DNA of 64,000 nt from Macrostomum lignano (lineage: Eukaryota): the NCBI GenBank assembly GCA_002269645.1, contig NIVC01000224.1, forward strand, positions 1 to 64,000, written 5' to 3'. Of the stretch, positions 21,606 to 43,225 are shown piece by piece. Position 1 is the first letter of the stretch. Each line of letters begins with the position of its first letter. A model generated the notes under the pieces. That model was not told the origin of the DNA. It saw nothing but the letters and a program-made list of their open reading frames with translations, and made no database searches. The position numbers and the translations under genes are program-made.

Positions 21606-23299
21606 CATTTTTTACCTTGGCTCGGCGGCGTCTGGGCCCCTCACTAGCCAGCTAGATTGGCCATGCCGGCTGGGTATTGTACATGTAGGGACTATAATTT
21701 TGTATATTAAATCGTATTAAGTTTAGATTTTGTGCTAGAAAGGTTATTTTTTTAACAATTTTCAACATTCTTCAAACTAAGTAGCTATCTTTAAATAGCT
21801 CAATAAATAAATAAATATAGGCCTAATTAACATCGGCTTTTGCCTTTTGCTCCATGTCTAATAGAGTATAAATCTATAATATATTAAAGTATATCTAAAA
21901 ACCCAATCTAACTGTATAGTAGATGACTTAATCTTACAAGTTACAATTTTTTCACAATTTTTTTCTATATCTTTGGACAAATATAAAAAACCTAACTTTA
22001 TAGCCTATTTGTATTTTTATAACTATTTGGCTAAAAAACTACTATTGTAAACAATATTTAAATAAATCATTCTTTAGCAATTTACTGTTTAGTCATTTGT
22101 GTCAAGGTAGGCCTAGCCTATACCATACCATACTTACTTAGGAAGGTGTCATGTGTGCCTAAGAATATATTTCAGTGTATTTTTGGAGTGTGCACTGTGC
22201 ACAAAGCTAAAATATGAATTTGTGCACTGAGGTCTACATTTGTTTATTGACAAATACATAGCTAGAGTATTAATGTGCCATAGCAAATAAAACTCAGTAA
22301 AAGTCCAATTAAAACAAAACTAAAAAATGGATAAATTTTGGTACTTTTTATAGGCTTTTTTTTCAACTCAAATCTTTTGCTTTATTTTAGCTCACATAGA
22401 AAATTGTCAAAAGATATAGCTTTAACTTTATGCGCAGTAAAATCCCATTTTGAATTTTATTATTTGTTTCACTTACCAAGAAACAATTTTTTATTGATAT
22501 GCTTGGAAAAAACATAATCTTAAAGCATATTTTACGCACTGCATATGCAGATTATACATTTGGGTGATTCATTATAAGCTAAATTTTTCTGATCAGCTTT
22601 TGCTAAGCGCCATTGTGCGCTAAAAACTTCTACAAAGCCTTTGTTGTGTGCCATGTTCGCCACTTTGCAAGTTCGCGCACATTTTTTGTTGATGTACACT
22701 GGAATTTTCTGCCATAATGTACACCTTCCTGAGTGTAGAGCCTATATAATTTTGTTATTTCAATTTTAAATATCTTCATAGAATAATATTATTTCCAATG
22801 TATTAAGTCTAATATTAATTATACCAAAGTAATATTTGATTTTTTGTTTTAAAGTTAAAAACTAATCAAAGAACCATTTTTATGCTTTGCATGTTTCCAA
22901 GCAAAACAAAATCATGTGTTACATTTGTAAAAATGTGACTTCACTTTTGGTTAAAAATAATTATAGACTATTATATCTGGTAAGTGACAATGTTTTGACC
23001 TAAATTGATTAAGTTTGTTTTTAATTTCTGTTTAAAGTTTCATAAATTTATATAATTTATTATGGTAAATAAAACATTTAAAATTTAAAATTTTCTTGCC
23101 AACTAAGCTTCAACAAACTAAGACTGTCAACTAAGAGGGTATATATGCACTACCTAAGGATGAGTAATTAAACATTAGCTAACACCATACATGCACAACC
23201 TCCCCTAATTTACATTAGCCCTGTGACATACATTTTTAACCAAAAAGATGACTTACCTAATACCTAATATGTATAAAGAACCTAAGCAAAACTTGCAAA

Positions 23300-23745
23300 T
23301 TACCTTGGCTGGGCCCCTCACCAGTTGGCCAGATTGGCCGGGTGTGTGCATGTATGCAGATGCAGATGCTGGGACAAATAAAGTTTTATTTTTATTAGAG
23401 GCAGGGGGGTTGTGTGCACCCTGGCACAAATTAAGCGTCATTGGCACACAACCGGCAAGAGGCATTACTGCCCATTCCGCCGACTCCCCTGAGCAGGCAT
23501 ACAAGCGCGCAGATACGTTACGCAGGCACACACTCACACAGGAGTGTACAGCGGCCCTAACTTTATCAATTGTTAGGCATGTACACTTCACTGCGCCTTG
23601 GGAGGTTGGCTTTCAAGGCCGTTAATTGCACAAGCGAGCCAAGCCAAGATTCCAATCCAGCCCCAAATTAATGTGGCTGCACTTGGAATCGAGCCTGAGT
23701 CGTGGCACACCAGAGCAGCTGCGCTACCGCTGGGCTACGGCCCCC
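23300..23745 (-). mobile_element. tRNA-derived SINE
   Basis: Minus strand starts GGGGGCCGTAGCCCAGCGGTAG (A box) with B box GGCTCGATTCC (23695-23685). The cloverleaf does not pair. The 3' boundary is approximate. Confidence 0.6.
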
Positions 23746-23783
23746 TTAAGGACAAATAAAGTACACAATTCTCAATTCCACAG

Positions 23784-33280
<9,497 letters not shown>

Positions 33281-33624
33281 ATTTATAACAATTTGAGTTA
33301 CTTTAACACTCTTGGTGTTTACAGTTGCTTATAGTTAGGTGCTTTAGTTGGCATATATAAATGCTTTAGTTGGTAAATTTGTAATTACGAGTATTTTCCA
33401 TGCTTTCATGTGCCTAAGCGTCTTCGTACTGTAATTCATATTTTCCCGATTAAAAATATTAAAATTTGTATTTTCTTTGATCGAAAATTGATACAAGCTG
33501 TGAATAAAATTTGTAGGTTTTGTTTCCTGTTGTTTGCTATCAGCTTAGTTATTACATTATTAACATTGTGTTGTTTATTTAATCCCTATAAAGGTAACGG
33601 CGATTTTTCTAATCCTAATCCAAC

Positions 33625-34910
33625 CGGAAACCATGGATCCCAAACCGGAAACCATGGATTCCAAACCAGAAACCATAGATTTCCAACCGGAAACCATAGA
33701 TTCCAAACCGGAAACCATTGATTCCCAACCGGAAACCAGAGATTCCCAACAAGAAACCATAGATTCCTAAACTGGAAACCATAGATTCCCAACCGGAAAC
33801 CAGAGATTCCCAACAAGAAACCATAGATTCCTAAACTGGAAACCATAGATTCCCAACCGTAAAACATAGATTCCCAACCGGAAACCATTGATTCCCAACT
33901 GGCAACCATTGATTCCCAACCGGAAACCATAGATTCCCAACCGGAAACCATTGATTCCCAACTGGCAACCATTGATTCCCAACCAGAAACCATTGATTCC
34001 TAAACTAGAAACCATAGATTTCTAAAATGAAAACCATAGATTCCTAAACTGGAAACCATAGATTCCTAAACTGGAAACCATAGATTCCCAACCGAAAAAC
34101 ATAGATTCCCAACCGGAAACCATTGATTCCCAACTGGCAACCATTGATTCCAAACCGGAAACCATAGATTCCCAACCGGAAACCATTGATTCCCAACTGG
34201 CAACCATTAATTTCCAACCGGAAACCATTGATTCCCAACTGGCAACCATTAATTTCCAACCGGAAACCATAGATTCCTAAACTAGAAACCATAGATTTCT
34301 AAAATGGAAACCATAGATTCCTAAACTGTAAACCATAGATTCCTAAACTGGAAACCATAGATTCCTAAACTGGAAACCATAGATTCCTAAACTGGAAACC
34401 ATAGATTCCTAAACTGGAAACCATAGATTCCTAAACTGGAAACCATAGATTCCTAAACTGGAAACCATAGATTCCTAAAATGGAAACCATAGATTCCTAA
34501 AATGGAAACCATAGATTCCTAAACTGGAAACCATAGATTCCTAAAATGGAAACCATAGATTCCTAAACTGGAAACCATAGATTCCTAAAATGGAAACCAT
34601 AGATTCCTAAACTGGAAACCATAGATTCCTAAAATGGAAACCAGAGATTCCTAAACTGGAAACCATAGATTCCTAAACTGGAAACCATAGATTCCTAAAC
34701 TGGAAACCAGAGATTCCTAAACTGGAAACCATAGATTCCTAAACTGGAAACCATAGATTCCTAAACTGGAAACCATAGATTCCTAAAATGGAAACCATAG
34801 ATTCCTAAAATGGAAACCATAGATTCCTAAAATGGAAACCATAGATTCCCCAACGAAAACCATAGACTCCCAACCGGAAACAAGAGATTCCCAAACAGAA
34901 ACCATAGAAA
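33625..34910. repeat. 22-bp minisatellite between the AARS and MTERF genes
   Basis: Unit GGAAACCATAGATTCCTAAACT / GGAAACCATTGATTCCCAACCG. Confidence 0.95.
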
Positions 34911-35204
34911 GCATTTCGATTCATTGTCGTGTCATATTTGAATGGCTTCATGGCTATGAATATAGTAAAAATGCACCAAGTCATACGAGTATTGTTCCTT
35001 CTAGATTATACTTTCATACAATTATATGCTGAGCTCTACTTGTGTAGTGTCATTGTTATATCTTATATACTGTTGCCGTATTCATGATTTCTTCAAATAA
35101 CAACAATTGTAACGATTTTCATTAATTTTACAATAACTAGATACAGAAAGAGCATGTAGCTTAATGTTAATGTAGAGACTAAAAAAATTTCATCTAATCA
35201 ATTC

Positions 35205-37622
35205 ATGTTTGTCTGCGTCAGAATTATTCAACTCCAGCAGAAGTGGGCACTAGCTCGCTCTGTGCTACCCGCAGTTGCTACCCGTGCGGGACTTGCAGCC
35301 GTTCACGCTGCTGTACCCTACGGCACCGGCAGCACCAATATTGTGCATGGTAGGCCTTCTTATCTGTCTTCTTGAACTTAAGAGTGAGATTAGAGATATT
35401 AATGGGAGATTTGAGATATCGGAGTGAGATTGGAGGTCTTAAGAGTGAGATTGAAGATCTTAGGAGTGAGATTGGAGATCTTAAGAGTGAGATTGGAGAT
35501 CTTAGGAGTGAGATTGGAGATCTTAGGAGTGAGATTGGAGATCTTAGGAGTGAGATTGGAGATCTTAGGAGTGAGATTGGAGATCTTAAGAGTGAGATTG
35601 GAGATCTTAGGAGTGAGATTGGAGATCTTAGGAGTGAGATTGGAGATCTTAGGTGTGAGATTTAAGATATTTGGAGTGAGATTGGAGATCTTAGGTGTGA
35701 GATTGGAGATCTTAGGAGGGAGATTCTAGATATTGGAGTAAGATTAGAAATATTATTGTGAGATTGAAAGTCTTAGGAGTGAGATTGGAGATCTTAGGAG
35801 TGAGATTGGAGATCTTAAGTGTGAGATTGATGATATTTGGAGTGATATTGGAGATCTTAGGAGGGAGATTCTAGATGTTGGAGTAAGATTAGAGATATTA
35901 TTGTGAGATTGAAGATCTTTGGAGTGAGATTGGAGATCTTAGGTGTGAGATTGGAGATCTTAGGAGTGAGATTGGAGATCTTAGGTGTGAGATTGAAGGT
36001 CTTAGGAGTGAGATTGGAGATCTTAGGAGTGAGATTGGAGATCTTAGGTGTGAGATTGATGATATTTGGAGTGAGATTGGAGATCTTAGGTGTGAGATTG
36101 GAGATCTTAGGAGTGAGATTGGAGATATTAGGAGTGAGATTGGAGATCTTAGGTGTGAGATTTAAGATATTTGGAGTGAGATTGGAGATCTTAGGTTTGA
36201 GATTGGAGATCTTAGGAGGGAGATTCTAGATATTGGAGTACGATTAGAGATATTATTGTGAGATTGAAGGTCTTAGGAGTGAGATTGGAGATCTTAGGAG
36301 TGAGATTGGAGATCTTAAGTGTGAGATTGATGATATTTGGAGTGATATTGGAGATCTTAGGAGGGAGATTCTAGATGTTGGAGTAAGATTAGAGATATTA
36401 TTGTGAGATTGAAGATCTTTGGAGTGAGATTGGAGATCTTAGGTGTGAGACTGAAGTTGTTTGGAGTGAGATTGGAGATCTTAGGTGGGAGATTCTAGAT
36501 ATTGGAGTAAGATTAGAGATATTATTGTGAGATTGAAGATCTTTGGAGTGAGATTGGAGATCTTAGGTGTGAGACTGAAGTTGTTTGGAGTGAGATTGGA
36601 GATCTTATGAGGGAGATTCTAGATATTAGAGTAAGAATAGAGATATTATTGTGAGATTGAAGATCTTTGGGGTGAGATTGGAGATCTTAGGTGTGAGATT
36701 GGAGATCTTAGGAGTGAGATTGGAGATCTTAGGTGTGAGATTGAAGATCTTTGGAGTGAGATTAGAGATAACAGAGTGCGATTAAAATGTGGCTGAAAGC
36801 TGTCAAACCTAAAAAATGCCCAACGCACCCTTTGAACACCCAGGCGTTGCTCAGGCAGTCGACGGCTCGTCAGCTAGCAAGAAATTAAGCAAAAGAATCA
36901 AGAGAAAAATTGCAAATAAAAGCAACGCGTTGAGCTATACAATTTCGCCAGATGAAGCTGCAGTATTATTGGGCCAATCAGCTGATAGCAGCTTAATTAC
37001 CAATCTAGAAGAAGTCATTCTGCACTTATCCCGATTGGGCGTCAAATCTCCTAAATCGGTTTTGAAACGTCTTGGTCAGTCGAACTGCTGCCAGGTCGCC
37101 GTCAACGCTGACGAGCTTGACAAGTTGCAGATGCGGTTGGAATTCTATCTGAAATTTCACACTAAAGCTGATTGCGCTAGACTAATTGAGTCTAAGCCGC
37201 AGTTGCTATGCAGAGATCTAGTTGAGTTGAACACTGTCGCCAATTATTTGGTATTAAAGTGCGGCTTTGCAACCGATGTGCTCAACTATATGCCGTCAGT
37301 TTGGCTGTTAAACTATGCTCAAGTGGTTGCTAGGCGAGAGATTATGTCGAAGACTGGCCGGTTGTCGCGCCAGCCAAAACGCGAGTTCAACGCTAGGAGT
37401 GTGGCCGGGTGTGACTGTTTTAGCGACAGCCTGTCTGACTTTCTTAAGCGTTGCTGCATCACCCAGGAAGAGTACGAGGCGTACTATGCTGTTACCGAGG
37501 CAACGATTGATGCGCAGTGTAACAAGATTCTTGTTGATCATCGCGATGACAGAACTGACTGTGGCGATGATTATGACTCAGCTTTATCCGATAATGACAG
37601 CGATGGTGAAGAGAGTGAATGA
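35205..37622 (+). CDS. MTERF4: Mitochondrial transcription termination factor family protein, MTERF4-like; 2 exons
   Basis: Exon 1 35205 (or 35238)-35349 encodes a presequence-like [25 protein letters not shown] phase-1 intron joins it in frame to 36844-37622. mTERF-like repeats ([13 protein letters not shown]; [20 protein letters not shown]) and an MTERF4-style C-terminus ([16 protein letters not shown] plus acidic tail). Paralog assignment is by recalled similarity. Confidence 0.7.
35375..36770. repeat. 21-bp minisatellite filling the MTERF intron
   Basis: Unit GAGTGAGATTGGAGATCTTAG with higher-order variant blocks. Confidence 0.95.
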
Positions 37623-37679
37623 TTAGTCTGCCAATTATCACAAGCCTGAGAGTCTGAGTGTCGCCCTTCTCTAATCCTG

Positions 37680-39290
37680 CAAACTATCCCACCAAGAACC
37701 GTCCTCCAACACCATCAAGAACCGCTTTCCAATCCCATCAAGAACCGCCCCCCAACCTCATCAAGAACCGCCCCCAACCCCATCAAGAACCGCCCCCAAC
37801 CCCATCAAGAACCGCCTTCCAACCCCATCAAGAACCGCAAGAACCGCCCCCAATCCCATCTTGAACCGCCCCCAACCCCATCAAGAACCGCCCCCCAACC
37901 CCATCAAGAACCGCCCCCAACCCCATCAAGAACCGCCTTCCAACCCCATCAAGAACCGCCCCCAACCCCATCAAGAACCGCCCCCAATCCCATCTTGAAC
38001 CGCCCCCAACCCCATCAAGAACCGCCCCCCCAACCCCATCAAGAACCGCCCCCCAACCCCATCAAGAACCGCCCCCCAACCCCATCAAGAACCCCCCCCC
38101 AACCTCATCAAGAACCGCCCCCAACCCATCAAGAACCGCCCCCAACCCCATCAAGAACCGCCCCCAACCCCATCAAGAACCGCCCCCAACCCCATCAAGA
38201 ACCGCCCCCAACCCCATCAAGAACCGCCTTCCAACCCCATCAAGAACCGCCCCCAACCCCATCAAGAACCGCCCCCAACCCCATCAAGAACCGCCCCCAA
38301 CCCCATCAAGAACCGCCTTCCAACCCCATCAAGAACCGCCCCCAACCCCATCAAGAACCGCCCCCAATCCCATCTTGAACCGCCCCCAACCCCATCAAGA
38401 ACCGCCCCCCCCAACCCCATCAAGAACCGCCCCCCCCAACCCCATCAAGAACCGCCCCCCAACCCCATCAAGAACCCCCCCCCCAACCTCATCAAGAACC
38501 GCCCCCAACCCCATCAAGAACCGCCCCCAACCCCATCAAGAACCGCCTTCCAACCCCATCAAGAACCGCCCCCAACCCCATCAAGAACCGCCCCCAATCC
38601 CATCTTGAACCGCCCCCAACCCCATCAAGAACCGCCCCCCAACCCCATCAAGAACCGCCCCCAACCCCATCAAGAACCGCCTTCCAACCCCATCAAGAAC
38701 CGCCCCCAACCCCATCAAGAACCGCCCCAATCCCATCTTGAACCGCCCCCAACCCCATCAAGAACCGCCCCCCCAACCCCATCAAGAACCGCCCCCCAAC
38801 CCCATCAAGAACCGCCCCCAACCCCATCAAGAACCGCCTTCCAACCCCATCAAGAACCGCCCCCAACCCCATCAAGAACCGCCCCCAATCCCATCTTGAA
38901 CCGCCCCCAACCCCATCAAGAACCGCCCCCCAACCCCATCAAGAACCGCCCCCAACCCCATCAAGAACCGCCTTCCAACCCCATCAAGAACCGCCCCCAA
39001 CCCCATCAAGAACCGCCCCCAATCCCATCTTGAACCGCCCCAACCCCATCAAGAACCGCCCCCCCAACCCCATCAAGAACCGCCCCCCCAACCCCATCAA
39101 GAACCGCCCCCCAACCCCATCAAGAACCCCCCCCCCAACCTCATCAAGAACCGCCCCAACCCCATCAAGAACCGCCCCCAACCCCATCAAGAACCGCCCC
39201 CAACCCCATCAAGAACCGCCCCCAACCCCATCAAGAACCGCCCCCAACCCCATCAAGAACCGCCCCCAACCTTATCAAGAACCGCCTTCC
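37680..39290. repeat. 21-bp C-rich minisatellite directly downstream of the MTERF stop codon
   Basis: Unit CCCCAACCCCATCAAGAACCG. Confidence 0.95.
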
Positions 39291-39499
39291 AATTTTTTGG
39301 CATTTGTTTAGAGTTGAGCTGTAACTTTTACGACTTGTATCTAAGCCAGTTTTAATACTAACGAAACTTAAATGCACATCCTTAGGGAAATAAAAGTTCA
39401 ATTACTTCATATTTTGCTATTTAAATTAGTCGCAAAATACGTAAAAGTACGTTTGCTATCGTTGTTTTATCTTAATTATTTTCAATATTTCTAGGCATA

Positions 39500-40190
39500 C
39501 ATATCTCAGCCAGTCTAAACCTGGCCCTACAAACTATAGCCATCAATAATGTACATAGCTCAGCCAGTCTGAACCTGGCCCTACTAACTATAGAAAGCAA
39601 TGTACATAGCTCAGCCAGTCTCAACCTGGCTCTGCTAACTATTAGCCAGCAATGTACATGGCTCAACCAGTCTCAACCTGGCCCTACTAACTATAGCCAG
39701 CAATAATGTACATATGTGAGCCGGTCCAAGGGGTGGCCGGTTGTAAGTGGCCAACGAGGAGCCGAAAGTGTCTAAATTTCGGCCTCAAAATTGGCCGGAA
39801 AAGTGTCGACTAAAGTGGCCGAAAAGTGGCCACTTAATGTGGCCGAAAGTGTCCCTTGTCGGCCACTTGCAACCGGCCACCTCTTGGCTACTTTTTCGGC
39901 CACTTTTCATTTACAGTACGTGTAGCTCAGCCAGTCAAAACCTGGCCCTACTTACTATACATGTAGCCTGCAATGTACATAGCTCAGCCAGTCTGAACCT
40001 GGCCCTACTTACTATAGCCAGCAGTGTACATAGCTCAGCCAGTCTGAACCTGGCCCTACTTACTATAGCCAGCAGTGTACATAGCTCAGCCAGTCTGAAC
40101 CTGGCCCTACTTACTATAGCCAGCAGTGTACATAGCTCAGCCAGTCTGAACCTGGCCCTACTTACTATAGCCAGCAATGTACATGGTTCA
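39500..40190. repeat. 51-bp minisatellite interrupted by an inverted-repeat insert (39726-39887)
   Basis: Unit TACATAGCTCAGCCAGTCTGAACCTGGCCCTACTTACTATAGCCAGCAGTG on both sides of the insert. Confidence 0.88.
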
Positions 40191-40629
40191 TTCCTTACCC
40201 GGTGGGTGTACGAGTACATTGCGCCTAATGTATTTAACTAATAGAAACTTTCTAATTAAGTTTTGAATTAATTTGCTAATCGCATTAGCTACAGGTATCT
40301 CATTACACATATCAATGTAACCTGCTAGGGCACCTGTCAGCTGACTGTCAAATATCATGAATGTAATGTTTAAATTTAGATTGGGCACTGAGTATATTGA
40401 TGGATTGTTTCTCAAACTTATCCCCTTCTTTGCGATCCACTTCAGCTCTCCAGGCGTCTGTCCATCATCAGTAAATAAAAGTTTAACAGTGTGCCAAGTG
40501 CCAGCAATATATACGAGTATAATTGACAGCAGCCCCCCCCGCTATGGTCTTCTGGGGATGAAGTTTGTGATGCCATTTTTATTACTTATGTATTGGTTTT
40601 GGTACTACGAGTATTTCACGAGTATTGCT

Positions 40630-41020
40630 AATTGCCATTATAATATAATTTAATGTTTTTGGCGCCAATTTATTTAAAGTTGATGGTTTTGGCGCCATTT
40701 CATTCTAATTTGGTGTTTTTTGGCGCCAATTTATTTGAATTTGATGGTTTTGGCGCCAATTTATTTGAATTTGATGGTTTTGGCGCCAATTTATTTGAAT
40801 TTGATGGTTTTGGCGCCAATTTATTTTAATTTAATGTTTATGCCGCTAATTTATGACAATTTGATGTTAATGGCGCCAATTTATTTGAATTTCATGTTTA
40901 TGGCGCTTATTTATGATAATTTGATGTTAATGGCGCCAATTTATGATAATTTGATGTTTGGCGCCAATTTATTATAATTTGATGGTTTTGGCGCCAATTT
41001 ATTATAATTTGATGTTTTTG
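40630..41020. repeat. 30-bp minisatellite
   Basis: Unit TTTGGCGCCAATTTATTTGAATTTGATGGT. Confidence 0.9.
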
Positions 41021-41380
41021 GCTTTCTAATTCTAATTATGTTTTTATTACCAGTTATAATCTAGTTCAAGGTGTCTAGTTCACTGTTGTTGTTTAACAGA
41101 CCGTTAAACAGCACCCAGCATGCACCCAGTTCATTTTACTTATTAGCGGACCTGATCATATCTTCATTAGTTAAAAAAACTTATCAACCAATCAGCGACC
41201 GCCTACTGATGATCACGTGATCACTGTCTGGCCATCGGAGATCTAAGTCTAACACTACAAATACTGTCTGTGCGCTTCATTCATATCCAAGCTGATTAAA
41301 TTAAAACTAGCTAGCGTTGGGCTAAAGTGCATTCATACTATGGGCCATAAACAGAGTACATCTTAAACTTCCATACAGCT

Positions 41381-43128
41381 ATGACGTCCGTGGTTCGATT
41401 TCTCTTGGTGTCACTGCTGATTGGTAAGCAAAATCACAAGCTTTGATTACTTAAAGCTGATATGTAGTAGTCAGTTAATTGCTATTAATAAGAAGTTTAA
41501 AAAATTCGTTTTAATAATCATTACATGCAATCTGGGTTGTATCTAAGTATCAATGATTTGCATCTAGATCAAATCTAATCATCAATGATTTGCATCTAGA
41601 TCAAATCTAAGTATCAATGATTTGCATCTAGATCAAATCTAATCATCAATGATTTGCATCTAGATCAAATCTAATCATCAATGATTGCATCTAGAACAAA
41701 TCTAAGTATCAATGATTTGCATCTAGATCAAATCTAATCATCAATGATTTGCATCTAGATCAAATCTAATCATCAATGATTTGCATCTAGATCAAATCTA
41801 ATCATCAATGATTTGCATCTAGATCAAATCTAATCATCAATGATTTGCATCTAGATCAAATCTAATCATCAATGATTTGCATCTAGATCAAATCTAATCA
41901 TCAATGATTTGCATCTAGATCAAATCTAATCATCAATGATTTGCATCTAGATCAAATCTAATCATCAATGATTTGCATCTAGATCAAATCTAATCATCAA
42001 TGATTTGCATCTAGATCAAATCTAATCATCAATGATTTGCATCTAGATCAAATCTAATCATCAATGATTTGCATCTAGATCAAATCTAATCATCAATGAT
42101 TTGCATCTAGATCAAATCTAATCATCAATGATTTGCATCTAGATCAAATCTAATCATCAATGATTTGCATCTAGATCAAATCTAATCATCAATGATTTGC
42201 ATCTAGATCAAATCTAATCATCAATGATTTGCATCTAGATCAAATCTAATCATCAATGATTTGCATCTAGATCAAATCTAATCATCAATGATTTGCATCT
42301 AGATCAAATCTAATCATCAATGATTTGCATCTAGATCAAATCTAATCATCAATGATTTGCATCTAGATCAAATCTAAGTATCAATGATTTGCATCTAGAT
42401 CAAATCTAATCATCAATGATTTGCATCTAGATCAAATCTAATCATCAATGATTTGCATCTAGATCAAATCTAATCATCAATGATTTGCATCTAGATCAAA
42501 TCTAATCATCAATGATTGCATCTAGAACAAATCTGATCTGAATAGAATGGATTGCTAATCTTTAGGATGAAGGAATAGAATGGATTTCTAATCTATAGGA
42601 TAAAGGAATAGAATGGATTGCTAATCCATTATTGTTAATGAAGAAATAGAATGGATTGCTAATCTATAGGATGAAGGAATAGAATGGATTGCTAATCTAT
42701 ATGATGAAGAAATAGAATGGATTGCTAATCTATAGGATGAAGGAATAGAATGGATTGCTAATCTATATGATGAAGAAATAGAATGGATTGCTAATCTATA
42801 GGATGAAGGAATAGAATGGATTGCTAATCTATATGATGAAGGAATAAAAAGGATCGCTAATCTAAGCTACCATTTGGTGTAAGAAAATCCCAATTAGCAC
42901 CTAAGGAGTGTCAAACTTGCTGTCGTGTCTTCCCCATCAACCCCTCCTTCATCCGGCTGCAGCCTCTCTGCCTCATCAGTGCAGCTCAAACCCGGACGCC
43001 AAGCGTCTCTTCGACGACCTGCTGAGCAAGGCTGACTACAATAAGCTCATTCGGCCGGTTAACAACAACTCCAGGACTCTCACAGTGTATCTCGGGCTGA
43101 AACTGTCTCAGCTGATTGACGTGGTGAG

Positions 43129-43225
<97 letters not shown>

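Noticed and set aside
23672-23745. Functional tRNA gene on the minus strand
   Set aside because: A and B boxes are present but the acceptor, anticodon and T stems do not pair.
35372-36229. Coiled-coil protein (EIGDLRS heptads)
   Set aside because: Translation of a 21-bp intronic minisatellite; the flanking exons splice in frame across it.
37658-39311. Proline-rich extensin-like ORFs
   Set aside because: Translations of the 21-bp C-rich array, with frames broken by homopolymer-length variation.
41550-42535. Palindrome-containing 32-bp repeat (AATCATCAATGATT) as a CRISPR array
   Set aside because: Units are directly adjacent with no unique spacers, lie in a spliceosomal intron, and no cas genes are present. 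The same applies to the 50-, 36- and 28-bp arrays.
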